The notes under the pieces were generated by a model, which made no database searches, was not told the DNA's origin, and saw only the letters and a program-made list of their open reading frames with translations. A stretch of 64,000 nt of DNA from a virus. Made by a program: the position numbers and the translations under genes. How positions within the stretch are numbered: the first letter of the stretch is position 1; each line of letters begins with the position of its first letter. The stretch lies in the IMG/VR virus record IMGVR_UViG_3300035228_001078; one strand, written 5' to 3'. Shown piece after piece: positions 1-9,462 of the stretch.

Positions 1-286
1 TGCCGTTATCGTCATGCATAGATATGCCAGAATTTTTATGCCAGACATAAAGTTGAACATCAGCTTCTTGATATGGGAGAACATGATGTTCCAAACATTC
101 TAACACAGATTGTTTTAAATCGCCCTCCAGGTCAGTCATGGTAACAACTCCAGTGTCACCAACCTTTAGAGAGTCATCCCAAAATAACTCACTAACAGCC
201 CAAACATTTTTTTCTAAAGAATCCTCAAGAAAATTTTCACAGTTATGTAAAACTTCTTCAGTCAGTACTCCATGTCTTATAATCAT
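1..286 (-). CDS. 2OG-Fe(II) oxygenase family protein (runs off the window edge)
   Basis: Manually translated, not in the ORF track: MIIRHGVLTEEVLHNCENFLEDSLEKNVWAVSELFWDD...QLYVWHKNSGISMHDDNG. The YxW...GIxxHxD segment is typical of prolyl-hydroxylase-like 2OG oxygenases. Open to position 1. Confidence 0.7.
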   Translation of the reverse strand, partial: MIIRHGVLTEEVLHNCENFLEDSLEKNVWAVSELFWDDSLKVGDTGVVTMTDLEGDLKQSVLECLEHHVLPYQEADVQLYVWHKNSGISMHDDNG

Positions 287-704
287 AATAATCTTTTTTA
301 TAATAACGACCCAAGATATTACTGTTGTAATACTTGGGGTCACCGTTTTCAAGAGATTCTGTTAGGACAGAATGGACAAATAATTGTTTGGTTTCCTCGT
401 AGTTAACTTTACCCTTTGTCAATTGTAGCGAAAGTATTTCTCGTCTGAAGGAACTATTTCCAATTGTACGGCGTTCTCCATTAAGTTCATCAGAGCTTCC
501 GTAATATTTTTTCCAGTCGCTCTCACTTCTAACCCTCCTACCTCCACCTCTAGGCTTTCGTAGTTGGTGAAAGTATTTCCTACCGATGTATTGTCTACCG
601 GATTCGAGATTTGTAATCCGATAGACAAAACCGATAAAGTCACCAATGTTCTCAGATAAAAAAGGTTGTCCTTCAAAAATCCAGGGGTTTTCATAATCAA
701 CCAT
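258..704 (-). CDS. GIY-YIG family endonuclease (endonuclease II/Seg-like)
   Basis: GFVYRITN...YIGRK motif, YYGSS, conserved E (NYEE) and YYNxNI. Confidence 0.85.
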   Translation of the reverse strand: MVDYENPWIFEGQPFLSENIGDFIGFVYRITNLESGRQYIGRKYFHQLRKPRGGGRRVRSESDWKKYYGSSDELNGERRTIGNSSFRREILSLQLTKGKVNYEETKQLFVHSVLTESLENGDPKYYNSNILGRYYKKDYYDYKTWSTD

Positions 705-739
705 GATGTATTTAAACTACATTATATAGTTGTGGAAGA

Positions 740-2743
740 TCAGACTCCTTTAACTAACATAGCAGCACGCTTGTCACCAAACTTTTTCATTCTTTTTTGT
801 CTGTCAGACAGTCCATCATTGCTGTAATCGCGGTATGTATTACCGTGACCATCAGTAGCAGTTGCTTTTTGTTCTACAACAGATGGATCATTCATAAAAT
901 CATCAATGATCTCAACGATCTGAGCACCAGTGAGTTGCATCATGATCTCTTCTGCTTCCTCTACACTCTCCATGAGATTGTTTTCATCAAGGAATGTAAG
1001 GATGATGTCATAGATGTTGTAATCATCTCTAGTAAACTGAGGATGACCATCTAACTTCATACCTCTCTTCTTCTCAAGAGCTGCTTTCTTTTTCTTAGAC
1101 TCTTCACCAGTACCATCAGAGTATCTATTGTCATGCTCTGCTTTCTTCTTCTTAGCCTTCTCCTTGATACGCTCCTTAGCAGCAGCAGCTTCCTTATCAG
1201 AGATGCGATATCCATCACGATCAGTCTTTAACTTCTCGTCAGGCTTATCATATCCTTCTACATTCAGAGTCTTAGGATAGTCCTTGTCACCTTTCTTAGC
1301 AGGTGACTCACCACGCTTACGCTTGGCATGAATGTTATCCCAGAGACCTTTCTTCTCTTCGATGGTCTCACCTTCCTTCACACAGTTAGGTACATCCTTA
1401 CCGCCTTTCTTCTTAGTTCCTTTTGCCTTGTATCCATCCCAGCAGGTGCTAGCACCAACATTCTTCCGTGCCTGCCCTAGACCTTCAACCATTTCACCTT
1501 CTGGTTCAAATGATTGATTCATCTGCTTGATCATGGCATCCATCTTCATCTTTCTATCACCAAGTTTACCAGCAAGTCCCTGATTGCCAGTAGGTCCCTT
1601 AACTTGTTTCTTAGCAAGTGGGTTTTTGATATCTAGATTAGGATGACCAATGTATCCATCTCCAGGTTTGCCACCAACAAACTCATTCATCTTAATTTTT
1701 TCTTGTTGCTTAGCCTTCGTTACAGTTGGTTTTGGGGTACGATTGATTTTTATACCCAGTTTTTCCAAACTACCTTGGGCTTTTTTAGTTGCGTCGTCAA
1801 CCATGCCTGCCAAACCTTCAGTCATTTCACCTTCTGGTTCATGAGAGTTCTTCAGTGAAGAGATCTCTTTACTACCAGATGCTCCAGACTTTACCTTAGA
1901 AGCAAGACTAGGGAAGTTCTTTGCCCACTGTTGCATTGGTGTAGCACCATTGCTCGCACCAGTACGAGTCGAGGCAGAACCGTCTTTGTTCGTTTTTGGT
2001 GCAGATACTGATGAGCGTTCTTTGGTGGGGGTAGTCTTGGATTGATTAGCCTTCTGCTTTGCTGCCTGTTGCTTGGCATCATTTGCTGCAGGCGACCTCT
2101 CATCAGTAACCTTAGAAGCTACTGTTGCTGAAGAAGGAGTAGCGGGTTTTGTATCTGACTTAGTAGAAGTATCGATAGGAGCAGCACTCTTAGTTTTCAG
2201 TGATGGTGGAACACCTTTACCACCTTGGTCACGATATTTTTGTGCTTTCGCAATTTCTGGAGAAACAGAATTACCCTGTGGGTTTCCTGAGAAGAAATTG
2301 CCTGCAGCTCTCTTCGCATCACGAAGTTTCTGCATCAAATTAAATTCCGCAATGATAGCTCTTGCCTGCCGCTTCTCTGCAGTGTCAAGATTCTCATAGA
2401 TTCTAGGGTTGACTGCATGTAATGCAGCGCGGAACTCCTCACCAATGACATCTTTGGGAAGTGCTTCAATCAGGTTGTCAATCAACCTAGAACTTTGATA
2501 TCCCTCTTCAATAAGAATTTCCGCAAGGGAGAGATAGTTCTCTGCCATTGCGGGATCCATTGCTTTCAGTCTCTTAAGATAGAAAGACTCACAAGTACAC
2601 TTGTCTACTTTCTTCTTATCAACTTTTTTTCCTTTCGGTTTGTCGTCACTCTTATTCCAGTCCATTGCCGACTTCTCATGCTTGCCACCTTCAGCGATGG
2701 TTGCATAAGATTCGCTTAATTTCTTCAGTTGAGAAGCGTCCAT
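740..2743 (-). CDS. Lysine-rich modular protein; putative head-internal polyprotein with repeated gp21-type cleavage sites
   Basis: 667 aa of short basic modules separated by hydrophobic-X-E motifs, including EPEGEM(T/V)EGL twice. Late promoter GATAAATA at 2771-2778. Confidence 0.6.
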   Translation of the reverse strand: MDASQLKKLSESYATIAEGGKHEKSAMDWNKSDDKPKGKKVDKKKVDKCTCESFYLKRLKAMDPAMAENYLSLAEILIEEGYQSSRLIDNLIEALPKDVIGEEFRAALHAVNPRIYENLDTAEKRQARAIIAEFNLMQKLRDAKRAAGNFFSGNPQGNSVSPEIAKAQKYRDQGGKGVPPSLKTKSAAPIDTSTKSDTKPATPSSATVASKVTDERSPAANDAKQQAAKQKANQSKTTPTKERSSVSAPKTNKDGSASTRTGASNGATPMQQWAKNFPSLASKVKSGASGSKEISSLKNSHEPEGEMTEGLAGMVDDATKKAQGSLEKLGIKINRTPKPTVTKAKQQEKIKMNEFVGGKPGDGYIGHPNLDIKNPLAKKQVKGPTGNQGLAGKLGDRKMKMDAMIKQMNQSFEPEGEMVEGLGQARKNVGASTCWDGYKAKGTKKKGGKDVPNCVKEGETIEEKKGLWDNIHAKRKRGESPAKKGDKDYPKTLNVEGYDKPDEKLKTDRDGYRISDKEAAAAKERIKEKAKKKKAEHDNRYSDGTGEESKKKKAALEKKRGMKLDGHPQFTRDDYNIYDIILTFLDENNLMESVEEAEEIMMQLTGAQIVEIIDDFMNDPSVVEQKATATDGHGNTYRDYSNDGLSDRQKRMKKFGDKRAAMLVKGV
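1481..1841. repeat. 28-nt direct repeat (26/28 identical) encoding the EPEGEMxEG linker
   Basis: accttca-ac-catttcaccttctggttca at 1481-1508 and accttca-gt-catttcaccttctggttca at 1814-1841. Confidence 0.9.
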
Positions 2744-2769
2744 GTCTACAATTAAACAGTCTCGTTTGA

Positions 2770-2898
2770 CTATTTATCGTACTTCTTCTTTAGCACTCCA
2801 TATATCCATGCTTGAGAAAGGGAGGTGGGACCTCCCTGTTCTTTTATCTGAAGATACTTATTATAGGCTGAATCCCGCAAACGAGTTTGCTTTGACAT
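2770..2898 (-). CDS. Small hypothetical protein (42 aa) overlapping the nrdB 3' end
   Basis: Manual translation MSKQTRLRDSAYNKYLQIKEQGGPTSLSQAWIYGVLKKKYDK. Fills the gap between nrdB and the 667-aa ORF. Confidence 0.4.
   Translation of the reverse strand: MSKQTRLRDSAYNKYLQIKEQGGPTSLSQAWIYGVLKKKYDK
2771..2778 (-). promoter_or_regulatory. T4-type late (gp55) promoter
   Basis: GATAAATA on the minus strand, about 28 nt upstream of the ATG at 2743. Confidence 0.6.
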
Positions 2899-4048
2899 CT
2901 TGTTTGATTCCTCCGACAACATAAGACTCTACCTCCGTTTCTTGTGGTGCTACTTGCAGACCCTTGGATGAAATCCAATGCTCAGTCCATGGTAGTGGAT
3001 TATTTCTTGCAGCAATGTCATAAATCGGATCAAGACCGATTGCTTTCATGCGACGATTAGCAACCCATTCAACATATTGTGATAGAAGCTTTTCATTGAG
3101 ACCAATCATAGATCCGTCTTTGAACAGATACTCTGCCCATTGCTTCTCCTGATTAACAGCTGCTTGGAAAGTCTGGATCAACCAGTCTTTTTGTTCTTTA
3201 ACAATCTCGACCATCTCTGGGTCATCGCCTTTCTTCCAGTTGTTGAGGATGTTTTGAGTAATTGCAAGATGCTGATTTTCGTCTCTTGCGATGAGAGAGA
3301 TGATTTTAGCGGATCCTTCCATAAGCTTGAGTTCACCAAACGCAAACGAGCAAGCGAACGAGACATAAAACCTGATGCCTTCGAGAATATTGACATTGGC
3401 TACAGCACGATACAGTTTTGTCTTTAGTTCTTTCTTCGCAAATCTCTGTGCATCAGAGTTATTCCAATTGGCATCCCACATGCTACCACCATCCCACTCA
3501 TGAGCGATGTTGATAAACTCATCATACGCTTGAGTAATAGAAGCAGCTCTCTCAAGGATCCTCTCATCATGAATGATGGTATCAAAGATCTCAGAAGGAT
3601 CACTATAGACATTTTTAATGATATATGTGTATGAACGACTATGGATCATCTCCATAAACTGCCACACATTCATACAAGCTTCCAACTCAGGAAGCGAACA
3701 GTATGGCGAGAATGCCATACCAGGACCTCTACCTTGAATAGAATCAAGCATTACCTGATACTTCAGGTTGCTAGTGAAGATATGTCTTTGCTCAGGTCTT
3801 AGATCATGATAATCGGATCTATCTTTCTGCAGAGAAATCTCTTCAGGTCTCCAGAAATAACCCAACTGCTGCTGAGTCATCTTCTCAAAGAAAGGATACT
3901 TATAAGAATCGTATCTCTGAACTCCTAGAGGAGCACCAAAAAACATTGGTTGCTTTTTCGTGTCCACATCGGTCGTATTAAAGACCGTCATACCCTCAAC
4001 TTTAGTTTTAGGCATGTCTGCGTTTGTTCTAAATTGCACAGGCGTCAC
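2861..4048 (-). CDS. nrdB: Ribonucleotide reductase class Ia beta subunit
   Basis: FWRPEEI, EMIHSRSY, EGIRFYVSF, RDENQH, VAPQETEVESY. True start may be GTG at 4039. Confidence 0.97.
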   Translation of the reverse strand: MTPVQFRTNADMPKTKVEGMTVFNTTDVDTKKQPMFFGAPLGVQRYDSYKYPFFEKMTQQQLGYFWRPEEISLQKDRSDYHDLRPEQRHIFTSNLKYQVMLDSIQGRGPGMAFSPYCSLPELEACMNVWQFMEMIHSRSYTYIIKNVYSDPSEIFDTIIHDERILERAASITQAYDEFINIAHEWDGGSMWDANWNNSDAQRFAKKELKTKLYRAVANVNILEGIRFYVSFACSFAFGELKLMEGSAKIISLIARDENQHLAITQNILNNWKKGDDPEMVEIVKEQKDWLIQTFQAAVNQEKQWAEYLFKDGSMIGLNEKLLSQYVEWVANRRMKAIGLDPIYDIAARNNPLPWTEHWISSKGLQVAPQETEVESYVVGGIKQDVKANSFAGFSL

Positions 4049-6317
4049 ACTCTGATTGTTTTTCTAGGTTATTGAGTAAGTTTTCTACACTAGGAATTTC
4101 TTCTTCTACTTCGTCAGTCTTGTTATCATATGTATTCTGATAGTAGGAGGTCTTCCAACCGTACTTATATGTAGTCAATAGATCTCTTGCCATCACAGAC
4201 ACAGGTACTTCATTATCAGGATAGTTACTGGGGTTGTAACTCCAGTTACCAGAGATAGCTTGGTCAAAGAATTTCTGCATAACAGAAACTACTTTAATAT
4301 ACCCATCATTACTTTCCATGTCCCAGAGAAGGGTGTAGTGACTCTTGTGAGTATTGTACATTGGTACAATCTGCTTAAGTGGTCCCTTCTTGGATTTTTT
4401 AGTGGACAAGAATCCTCTAGGTGGTTCGATTCCATTGGTTGCATTTGACACAACGGAGCTGCTCTCTGAAGGCATTTGTGCGGACAGTGTTGAGTTCCTA
4501 AGACCGTGGGTGGTGATAGATGCCCTAAGACTTTCCCAATCATACTTTAACCTATGAGGAACAATATCGTCTACATCTTTTTTATAGGTATCAATAGGAA
4601 GGATACCGTCAGAATATTTAGTACGATCAAAATATCCACAAGGTCCGTACTCAATAGAGAGTTGATTGGATGCCTTTAGAAGATAGTATTGGAAAGCTTC
4701 TGTCAGATCATGAACCATCTGATGTGCTTCTGGATCATTATAACCTACTTTATGCCTTGCCAGGTAATGTGCCAGACCAATATAACCAATGCCCAGAGAA
4801 CGACGATTCTTAGTGCCAATTTCAGCTGCTTTGACTGGATACCCTTGGAAGTCAATCAAGGCGTCTAGAGCACGCACAGAGAGGTCACAGAGTTCTTCCA
4901 GCTCATCCAGGTTACGAAGCTTGCCTACATTGATAGCAGACAGAATGCACAAAGCAATCTCTCCTTCACCATCAATATGCTGCAGCGGTTTAGTTGGAAG
5001 TGTGATCTCTTGACACAAGTTACTCATCTCTACCTTGTCTTTAAAGGAAGAGTGAGTATTGCAGTGGTCAAGATTCATAATATAAAGACGACCAGTCTCT
5101 GCTCTCTCCTTCAGGAGATTGAGAAAAAGTTCTTGAGCCTTGATAGTCTTTCTTGGAATAGTGAGATCTGATTCATAGTCCACATAGAGACTATCAAACT
5201 CGTCAGTGCCAAAAGCATCATACAAACCTGGGACATCGTGAGGACTGAATAGCGTGATGTTTCCATTTTCGATGAACCGCTCGTAGAAGAGCTTGGTGAT
5301 TTGGATGGAGTAGTCGAGTTTTCTGACACGATTGTCCTCGGTTCCTTTGTTGTTCTTAAGAACAATAATATCTTCTATCTCTTTGTGCCAGATAGGAAAG
5401 TGAACTGTAGCAGAACCACCTCTGATGCCGTTTTGTGTGCAGCATCTGACAGTGCTTTCAAACTTTTTAAGGAAGGGGATAACGCCTGTGTGTTGTACCT
5501 CGCCGCCTCTAATCTTAGCGTTGATGCCACGAATTCTGCCTGCGTTAATGCCGATACCAGCCCTTTGTGCGACATATTTACCAATAGCCATATCACTGCT
5601 AAAGATACTATCGAGGGTGTCATCAACATCAACGAGAACACAAGATGCATATTGACGGAGCGGTGTCCGAACTCCTGCCATGACTGGCGTTGGGATGTTG
5701 ATTTTGTGTTTTGAGATTGCATCGTAGTATTTTTTTACATAATCCATGCGAGTCTCTTGAGGATAGTCGCTATAGATGGTGGCTGCAATCAAGATATACA
5801 TGAACTGAGGAGTTTCGTAGACATGTCCTGTACTACGATCCTGCACTAAGTATTTATCCGCAACTTGTCTAAGCCCAGCATAGGTAAACAGATAGTCTCT
5901 GTCATGATCGATCATATTGTTGATCTGATCAAACTCCTCAGCAGAGTACTTTTGAAGGATCTCAGGGTCATATACGCCCCTCTCAATGCCAATCCTAATA
6001 TGATCGGTTAGATTGCTATGTTCATGCATCTTACCCCACAGTTGTTTCCTCAGAGAGAACAACAACAATCGAGCTGCTACGAATTGATAATTGGGATTTT
6101 CAAGGTCGATGAGATCAGAAGCACTACGGACCAAGATCTCTTGGATCTCTGCAGTTGTGATACCATCATAAAATTGGATCCCAGAATTAATTTCAATCTG
6201 AGATGCAGACACACCTGTGAGGTCAGTACATGCCTCATCAACCATCTTGTGCATCTTATTGAGGTCAAGAGATTCTACTTGTCCAGACCGCTTCTTAACC
6301 TTTGTCCCGTTGGTCAT
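4029..6317 (-). CDS. nrdA: Ribonucleotide reductase class Ia alpha subunit
   Basis: N-terminal ATP cone, PTPVMAG, SCVL, SNLCQEI, C-terminal CxxC (CDAC). No intein-size insert. Confidence 0.97.
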   Translation of the reverse strand: MTNGTKVKKRSGQVESLDLNKMHKMVDEACTDLTGVSASQIEINSGIQFYDGITTAEIQEILVRSASDLIDLENPNYQFVAARLLLFSLRKQLWGKMHEHSNLTDHIRIGIERGVYDPEILQKYSAEEFDQINNMIDHDRDYLFTYAGLRQVADKYLVQDRSTGHVYETPQFMYILIAATIYSDYPQETRMDYVKKYYDAISKHKINIPTPVMAGVRTPLRQYASCVLVDVDDTLDSIFSSDMAIGKYVAQRAGIGINAGRIRGINAKIRGGEVQHTGVIPFLKKFESTVRCCTQNGIRGGSATVHFPIWHKEIEDIIVLKNNKGTEDNRVRKLDYSIQITKLFYERFIENGNITLFSPHDVPGLYDAFGTDEFDSLYVDYESDLTIPRKTIKAQELFLNLLKERAETGRLYIMNLDHCNTHSSFKDKVEMSNLCQEITLPTKPLQHIDGEGEIALCILSAINVGKLRNLDELEELCDLSVRALDALIDFQGYPVKAAEIGTKNRRSLGIGYIGLAHYLARHKVGYNDPEAHQMVHDLTEAFQYYLLKASNQLSIEYGPCGYFDRTKYSDGILPIDTYKKDVDDIVPHRLKYDWESLRASITTHGLRNSTLSAQMPSESSSVVSNATNGIEPPRGFLSTKKSKKGPLKQIVPMYNTHKSHYTLLWDMESNDGYIKVVSVMQKFFDQAISGNWSYNPSNYPDNEVPVSVMARDLLTTYKYGWKTSYYQNTYDNKTDEVEEEIPSVENLLNNLEKQSECDACAI

Positions 6318-7282
6318 ACTTTTTTCCACTCAGTAAATTTAACTTGTGCTTCTAGCCCAGAATATGTATTCGATTCTAGCGCATCGTTCACATCGATGCC
6401 TGCTAAAACCATATCATTGATGTCTTTTTGTCTTATACTTGTTGGCCAGATGACGACTTTCTCGCCTCTAGATATAGCTCCTCTGATGCGTCCAACAATC
6501 TCGCCATTACGGGGCTCGTTATCAAAAGTATAAATGCAATCGCTTCCCTCAAGACAACTAAGGTCACCGTCAGCACCACACAAAGCCACACTATTGTCGA
6601 TGAAAGTGCTGTCAAAGGGTCCTTCGACCACATAGATTGGTAATCCTTTATCGACTTCATCAAATCCATAAATTTTTGGTGCCTCATCGTTAAACATAAT
6701 AGTTATATATTTGATATGGTTTGGCAATAATGCCCTACCTTGAATCCCCACAAGATCATTTTGATACCATAAAGGTATGATAATCCTGGGTTCTTCGTTC
6801 TTTGTGTCCTTGAATGTTGGTTTTATACTGTTAACAAATGTTTTAAATTTGTCAGCATAATAAAACTGATTAGAGTCTAGTTTTCTCTGCTTTAGATACT
6901 CTCTAGCACTATCTACCGCAGAACACTTCGGTAGATTCAACCTTGCTTTGAATTTTGGTTTCTCAAACTCAAACACAGGGTCTTCGACTACAGTCGCTTT
7001 TCCAGTCAACCCCTGTTTGAACCTCTCCATAACATATCTTTTATAGAGAGTTCCATCAATCTTCTTGATGAAGTTGCTGAAAGACATCGACGCGCCACAA
7101 TTATGACACTTGTAGTTAGCGTCATTCTTCATGGCATAGATGTACCCTCTCGCCTTGTTCTTATACTTTTGGGAGTCCCCACAGATGGGGCACCTAAAGT
7201 TATAGAGGTCAGCTTTGACTCTCTTGAACTTCTCGAATCTAGCTGAGAGTAGACCTATGTACTTTGAATCTATCAGATTCAT
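6314..7282 (-). CDS. gp61: DNA primase
   Basis: Zn ribbon CPICGDS...CHNC and TOPRIM motifs EGPFDS and FDNEPRN. Confidence 0.95.
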   Translation of the reverse strand: MNLIDSKYIGLLSARFEKFKRVKADLYNFRCPICGDSQKYKNKARGYIYAMKNDANYKCHNCGASMSFSNFIKKIDGTLYKRYVMERFKQGLTGKATVVEDPVFEFEKPKFKARLNLPKCSAVDSAREYLKQRKLDSNQFYYADKFKTFVNSIKPTFKDTKNEEPRIIIPLWYQNDLVGIQGRALLPNHIKYITIMFNDEAPKIYGFDEVDKGLPIYVVEGPFDSTFIDNSVALCGADGDLSCLEGSDCIYTFDNEPRNGEIVGRIRGAISRGEKVVIWPTSIRQKDINDMVLAGIDVNDALESNTYSGLEAQVKFTEWKKV

Positions 7283-7685
7283 CAACCAGTCCAGTGCCTG
7301 GTACTATCATACTGGTTTCTTGTGGCGATGTCAATCCCCTCATCAATGCTTGACCGGGAACGCTGACCATGAATGAGATCACAGCGAGACCACCGAAGAT
7401 TGTCCACATCTTTTTCTCCATCATCCTGAGTCTGTCATCTACCATACGAATGTCTCTCTCACAACCTTTCTTGATTGTGTCTGTCTCTTTATTCAGATCT
7501 GCATGAAGTCTATCTACTTTTTCAAATAGAATTCCATCGACTTCACTCTGTGTGGCTAACTTCTCGTTATGCACAGCAAGAAGTTGTCCCATCTTTACAG
7601 AGTTATCCTGTAACGAATCAACTACTTTTTCTAATCTTTCAATGATGGCAGTATTTAAAATTGTAGTATTTAAATTAGAGTCCAT
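7239..7685 (-). CDS. Conserved hypothetical coiled-coil protein with a C-terminal TM helix
   Basis: Heptad pattern, then hydrophobic WTIFGGLAVISFMVSV. Confidence 0.7.
   Translation of the reverse strand: MDSNLNTTILNTAIIERLEKVVDSLQDNSVKMGQLLAVHNEKLATQSEVDGILFEKVDRLHADLNKETDTIKKGCERDIRMVDDRLRMMEKKMWTIFGGLAVISFMVSVPGQALMRGLTSPQETSMIVPGTGLVDESDRFKVHRSTLS
7306..7334 (-). promoter_or_regulatory. Sigma70-type promoter for primase-nrdA-nrdB
   Basis: TTGACA-17 nt-TATGAT on the minus strand, just upstream of the primase start. Confidence 0.75.
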
Positions 7686-7695
7686 TGCTGTTAGA

Positions 7696-8121
7696 TTACT
7701 TGGTTAGATCTCTTCGGAATTGTTGCTGTCCATACCATGCTGTACCAGAAGCACCGTTCTTAGCCCACCAACTAGGATGATTCTTTTTTGTACTCAGTTG
7801 AGCTGAACGATTAATTTTGTTTAGTTCAGGATCATTTTGAACTTTTAATTTAACTGCACCTTTATTGTCAGCTTTAGTTCCTACACCATCAAGTCCACCA
7901 GTAGCACGGCGACCAGAGTTGTCCTGTGACGCGGTAGTCTTGCTTGGAGTAGATGTAGGTTGTCGAGTAGAGGGAGTCACATCAGATTTTGGAAGTCTAT
8001 CTTTAATAAACTTAGTCGCTGGTTTAACTACATGACGATTTAAACGATCGCCAGCAGCCTTGATGCCAGCTTTAAACTCACCAAAACTCTTAAGTCTGAT
8101 GCCCTCTTCTAGATGATTCAT
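7696..8121 (-). CDS. Basic low-complexity protein, candidate internal head protein
   Basis: N-terminus MNHLEE|GIRLKSFGEF resembles a T4 internal-protein leader. K/T/S-rich. Confidence 0.55.
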   Translation of the reverse strand: MNHLEEGIRLKSFGEFKAGIKAAGDRLNRHVVKPATKFIKDRLPKSDVTPSTRQPTSTPSKTTASQDNSGRRATGGLDGVGTKADNKGAVKLKVQNDPELNKINRSAQLSTKKNHPSWWAKNGASGTAWYGQQQFRRDLTK

Positions 8122-8336
8122 TTCTTATTCTTCAGGTGATCAAGCCAGACTTTTCTTGAACCGTGTCCACCAGTAGCATACTTTTTTCTACTAAAAGGTT
8201 TGTCAGTAAGAGGTTTGTCATATCCAGCAACAGGTCCAGCAGGATCTGCCTTGCCACCAAAACCACCAGATGCACCGACTGCATTACCAGCCATCATCTC
8301 CATGATACTATTAACCTTTCTAAGTCTTCCCATCAA
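8118..8336 (-). CDS. Small Gly/Lys-rich hypothetical protein
   Basis: Overlap-coupled ORF with IME|MMAG and GPVAGYD motifs. Confidence 0.6.
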   Translation of the reverse strand: MMGRLRKVNSIMEMMAGNAVGASGGFGGKADPAGPVAGYDKPLTDKPFSRKKYATGGHGSRKVWLDHLKNKK

Positions 8337-8704
8337 ACGGTCCTCAGCTGTTCTAAGCAGTATTCATCATCATGAATATTATTTAGTTCAGTCCGAGGAT
8401 AGTCAGGAATTCTACCTAGGTAAGTTAAAAAACTCTTGGTACATGTCCAGAGTTCTTTATCTAATTTAAAGAATAGCAGGGGAACTCCAGCATCACCAAA
8501 AACATTAAAAAGGACTATAAAGTGATTAAGAATAAGGTGGGTTCGTAACTCACCAGTATTCCTGTATCGCTTCAGTAGCCTCTTAATATATTTTATCCGT
8601 TTCAAGTCATCATAAAAATCATCTTGAGTAACCGCTTGTGGGTTATCATAATTTTTAATGGCAAAAAGCAGATAGTTGCTATCATTCAATTCATCAAATC
8701 TCAT
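8333..8704 (-). CDS. Conserved T4-like phage hypothetical protein
   Basis: FAIKNYDNP...DLKRIKYIKRLL...LILNH pattern, recognised from cyanomyoviruses. Confidence 0.75.
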   Translation of the reverse strand: MRFDELNDSNYLLFAIKNYDNPQAVTQDDFYDDLKRIKYIKRLLKRYRNTGELRTHLILNHFIVLFNVFGDAGVPLLFFKLDKELWTCTKSFLTYLGRIPDYPRTELNNIHDDEYCLEQLRTV

Positions 8705-8711
8705 TTATCCC

Positions 8712-9215
8712 TTATTCATCAGTAGGATAAGCAATTCCATTAGCACCTGTGGAGATTCCAGAAGCAGCTACAAGAACTTCGCTCTTGACTCTCAGGTTAC
8801 CATGCATATCAATATAAGTGGTAACACCTACCCATCCATGATGAGCAACACCGTATTGACCAGCAGTATCTGTGGAAATACCGTAGACTAAAGAATCTGC
8901 CTCAGATCTTTCTTCTTGATATACACTGTCCTTAACAGTATACATTGGTAGTTCGCTGATACCGTATGTAGTAGCAGCAATACTTGCTGCACTCAATCCA
9001 GCATCTGAATCGATAGTAAGAATACGGTCACTAGTGATGCCACTGATAACAGCGTCACCATAGTAGGTTCCTACACCGCCGCGAGCACCAACACGAATTA
9101 CTTGACCAACTTCAACATCGGTTGTAAAAGTGGTTCCTGTGCCAGTTACAGTAAGACCACTAACGGCTACTGTGCCAAAGGTTTGAATATTGTCGTTAAG
9201 ACCCCAGAGAGCCAT
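8712..9215 (-). CDS. Putative virion structural protein
   Basis: MALWG start, beta-rich, HHGWVG...RVKSEVLVA. Perfect late promoter upstream. Confidence 0.7.
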   Translation of the reverse strand: MALWGLNDNIQTFGTVAVSGLTVTGTGTTFTTDVEVGQVIRVGARGGVGTYYGDAVISGITSDRILTIDSDAGLSAASIAATTYGISELPMYTVKDSVYQEERSEADSLVYGISTDTAGQYGVAHHGWVGVTTYIDMHGNLRVKSEVLVAASGISTGANGIAYPTDE

Positions 9216-9248
9216 GTTCTTACACCCGAACTACAGTTTTCATAGAAT

Positions 9249-9256
9249 TATTTATA
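9249..9256 (-). promoter_or_regulatory. T4-type late promoter
   Basis: TATAAATA on the minus strand. Confidence 0.75.
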
Positions 9257-9258
9257 AC

Positions 9259-9462
9259 CTATGCATCCTCGCGGGTTTTGATAGCATTGGTGACAACTTC
9301 AAGTAGTTGATCATCCATGTCAGTCTTGGTCAGCTTAACCGCTTTAGCAAGAATAACAAGACAGATCTCAACCATCTTCTCACCAAGTTCTTCATTCTCA
9401 GGAATTTTATTAATAGCATCAGTAATAATTTTTGATGCCAATGGAAGTAAAAAAGAAAGCAT
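9259..9462 (-). CDS. Small conserved hypothetical protein
   Basis: 67 aa, helical, TKTDMDDQLL motif. Confidence 0.7.
   Translation of the reverse strand: MLSFLLPLASKIITDAINKIPENEELGEKMVEICLVILAKAVKLTKTDMDDQLLEVVTNAIKTREDA

Noticed and set aside
2819-2838. GGGAGGT/ACCTCCC hairpin as the nrdB terminator
   Set aside because: The U-tract is short and the hairpin lies inside a plausible small ORF, so it is ambiguous and not called
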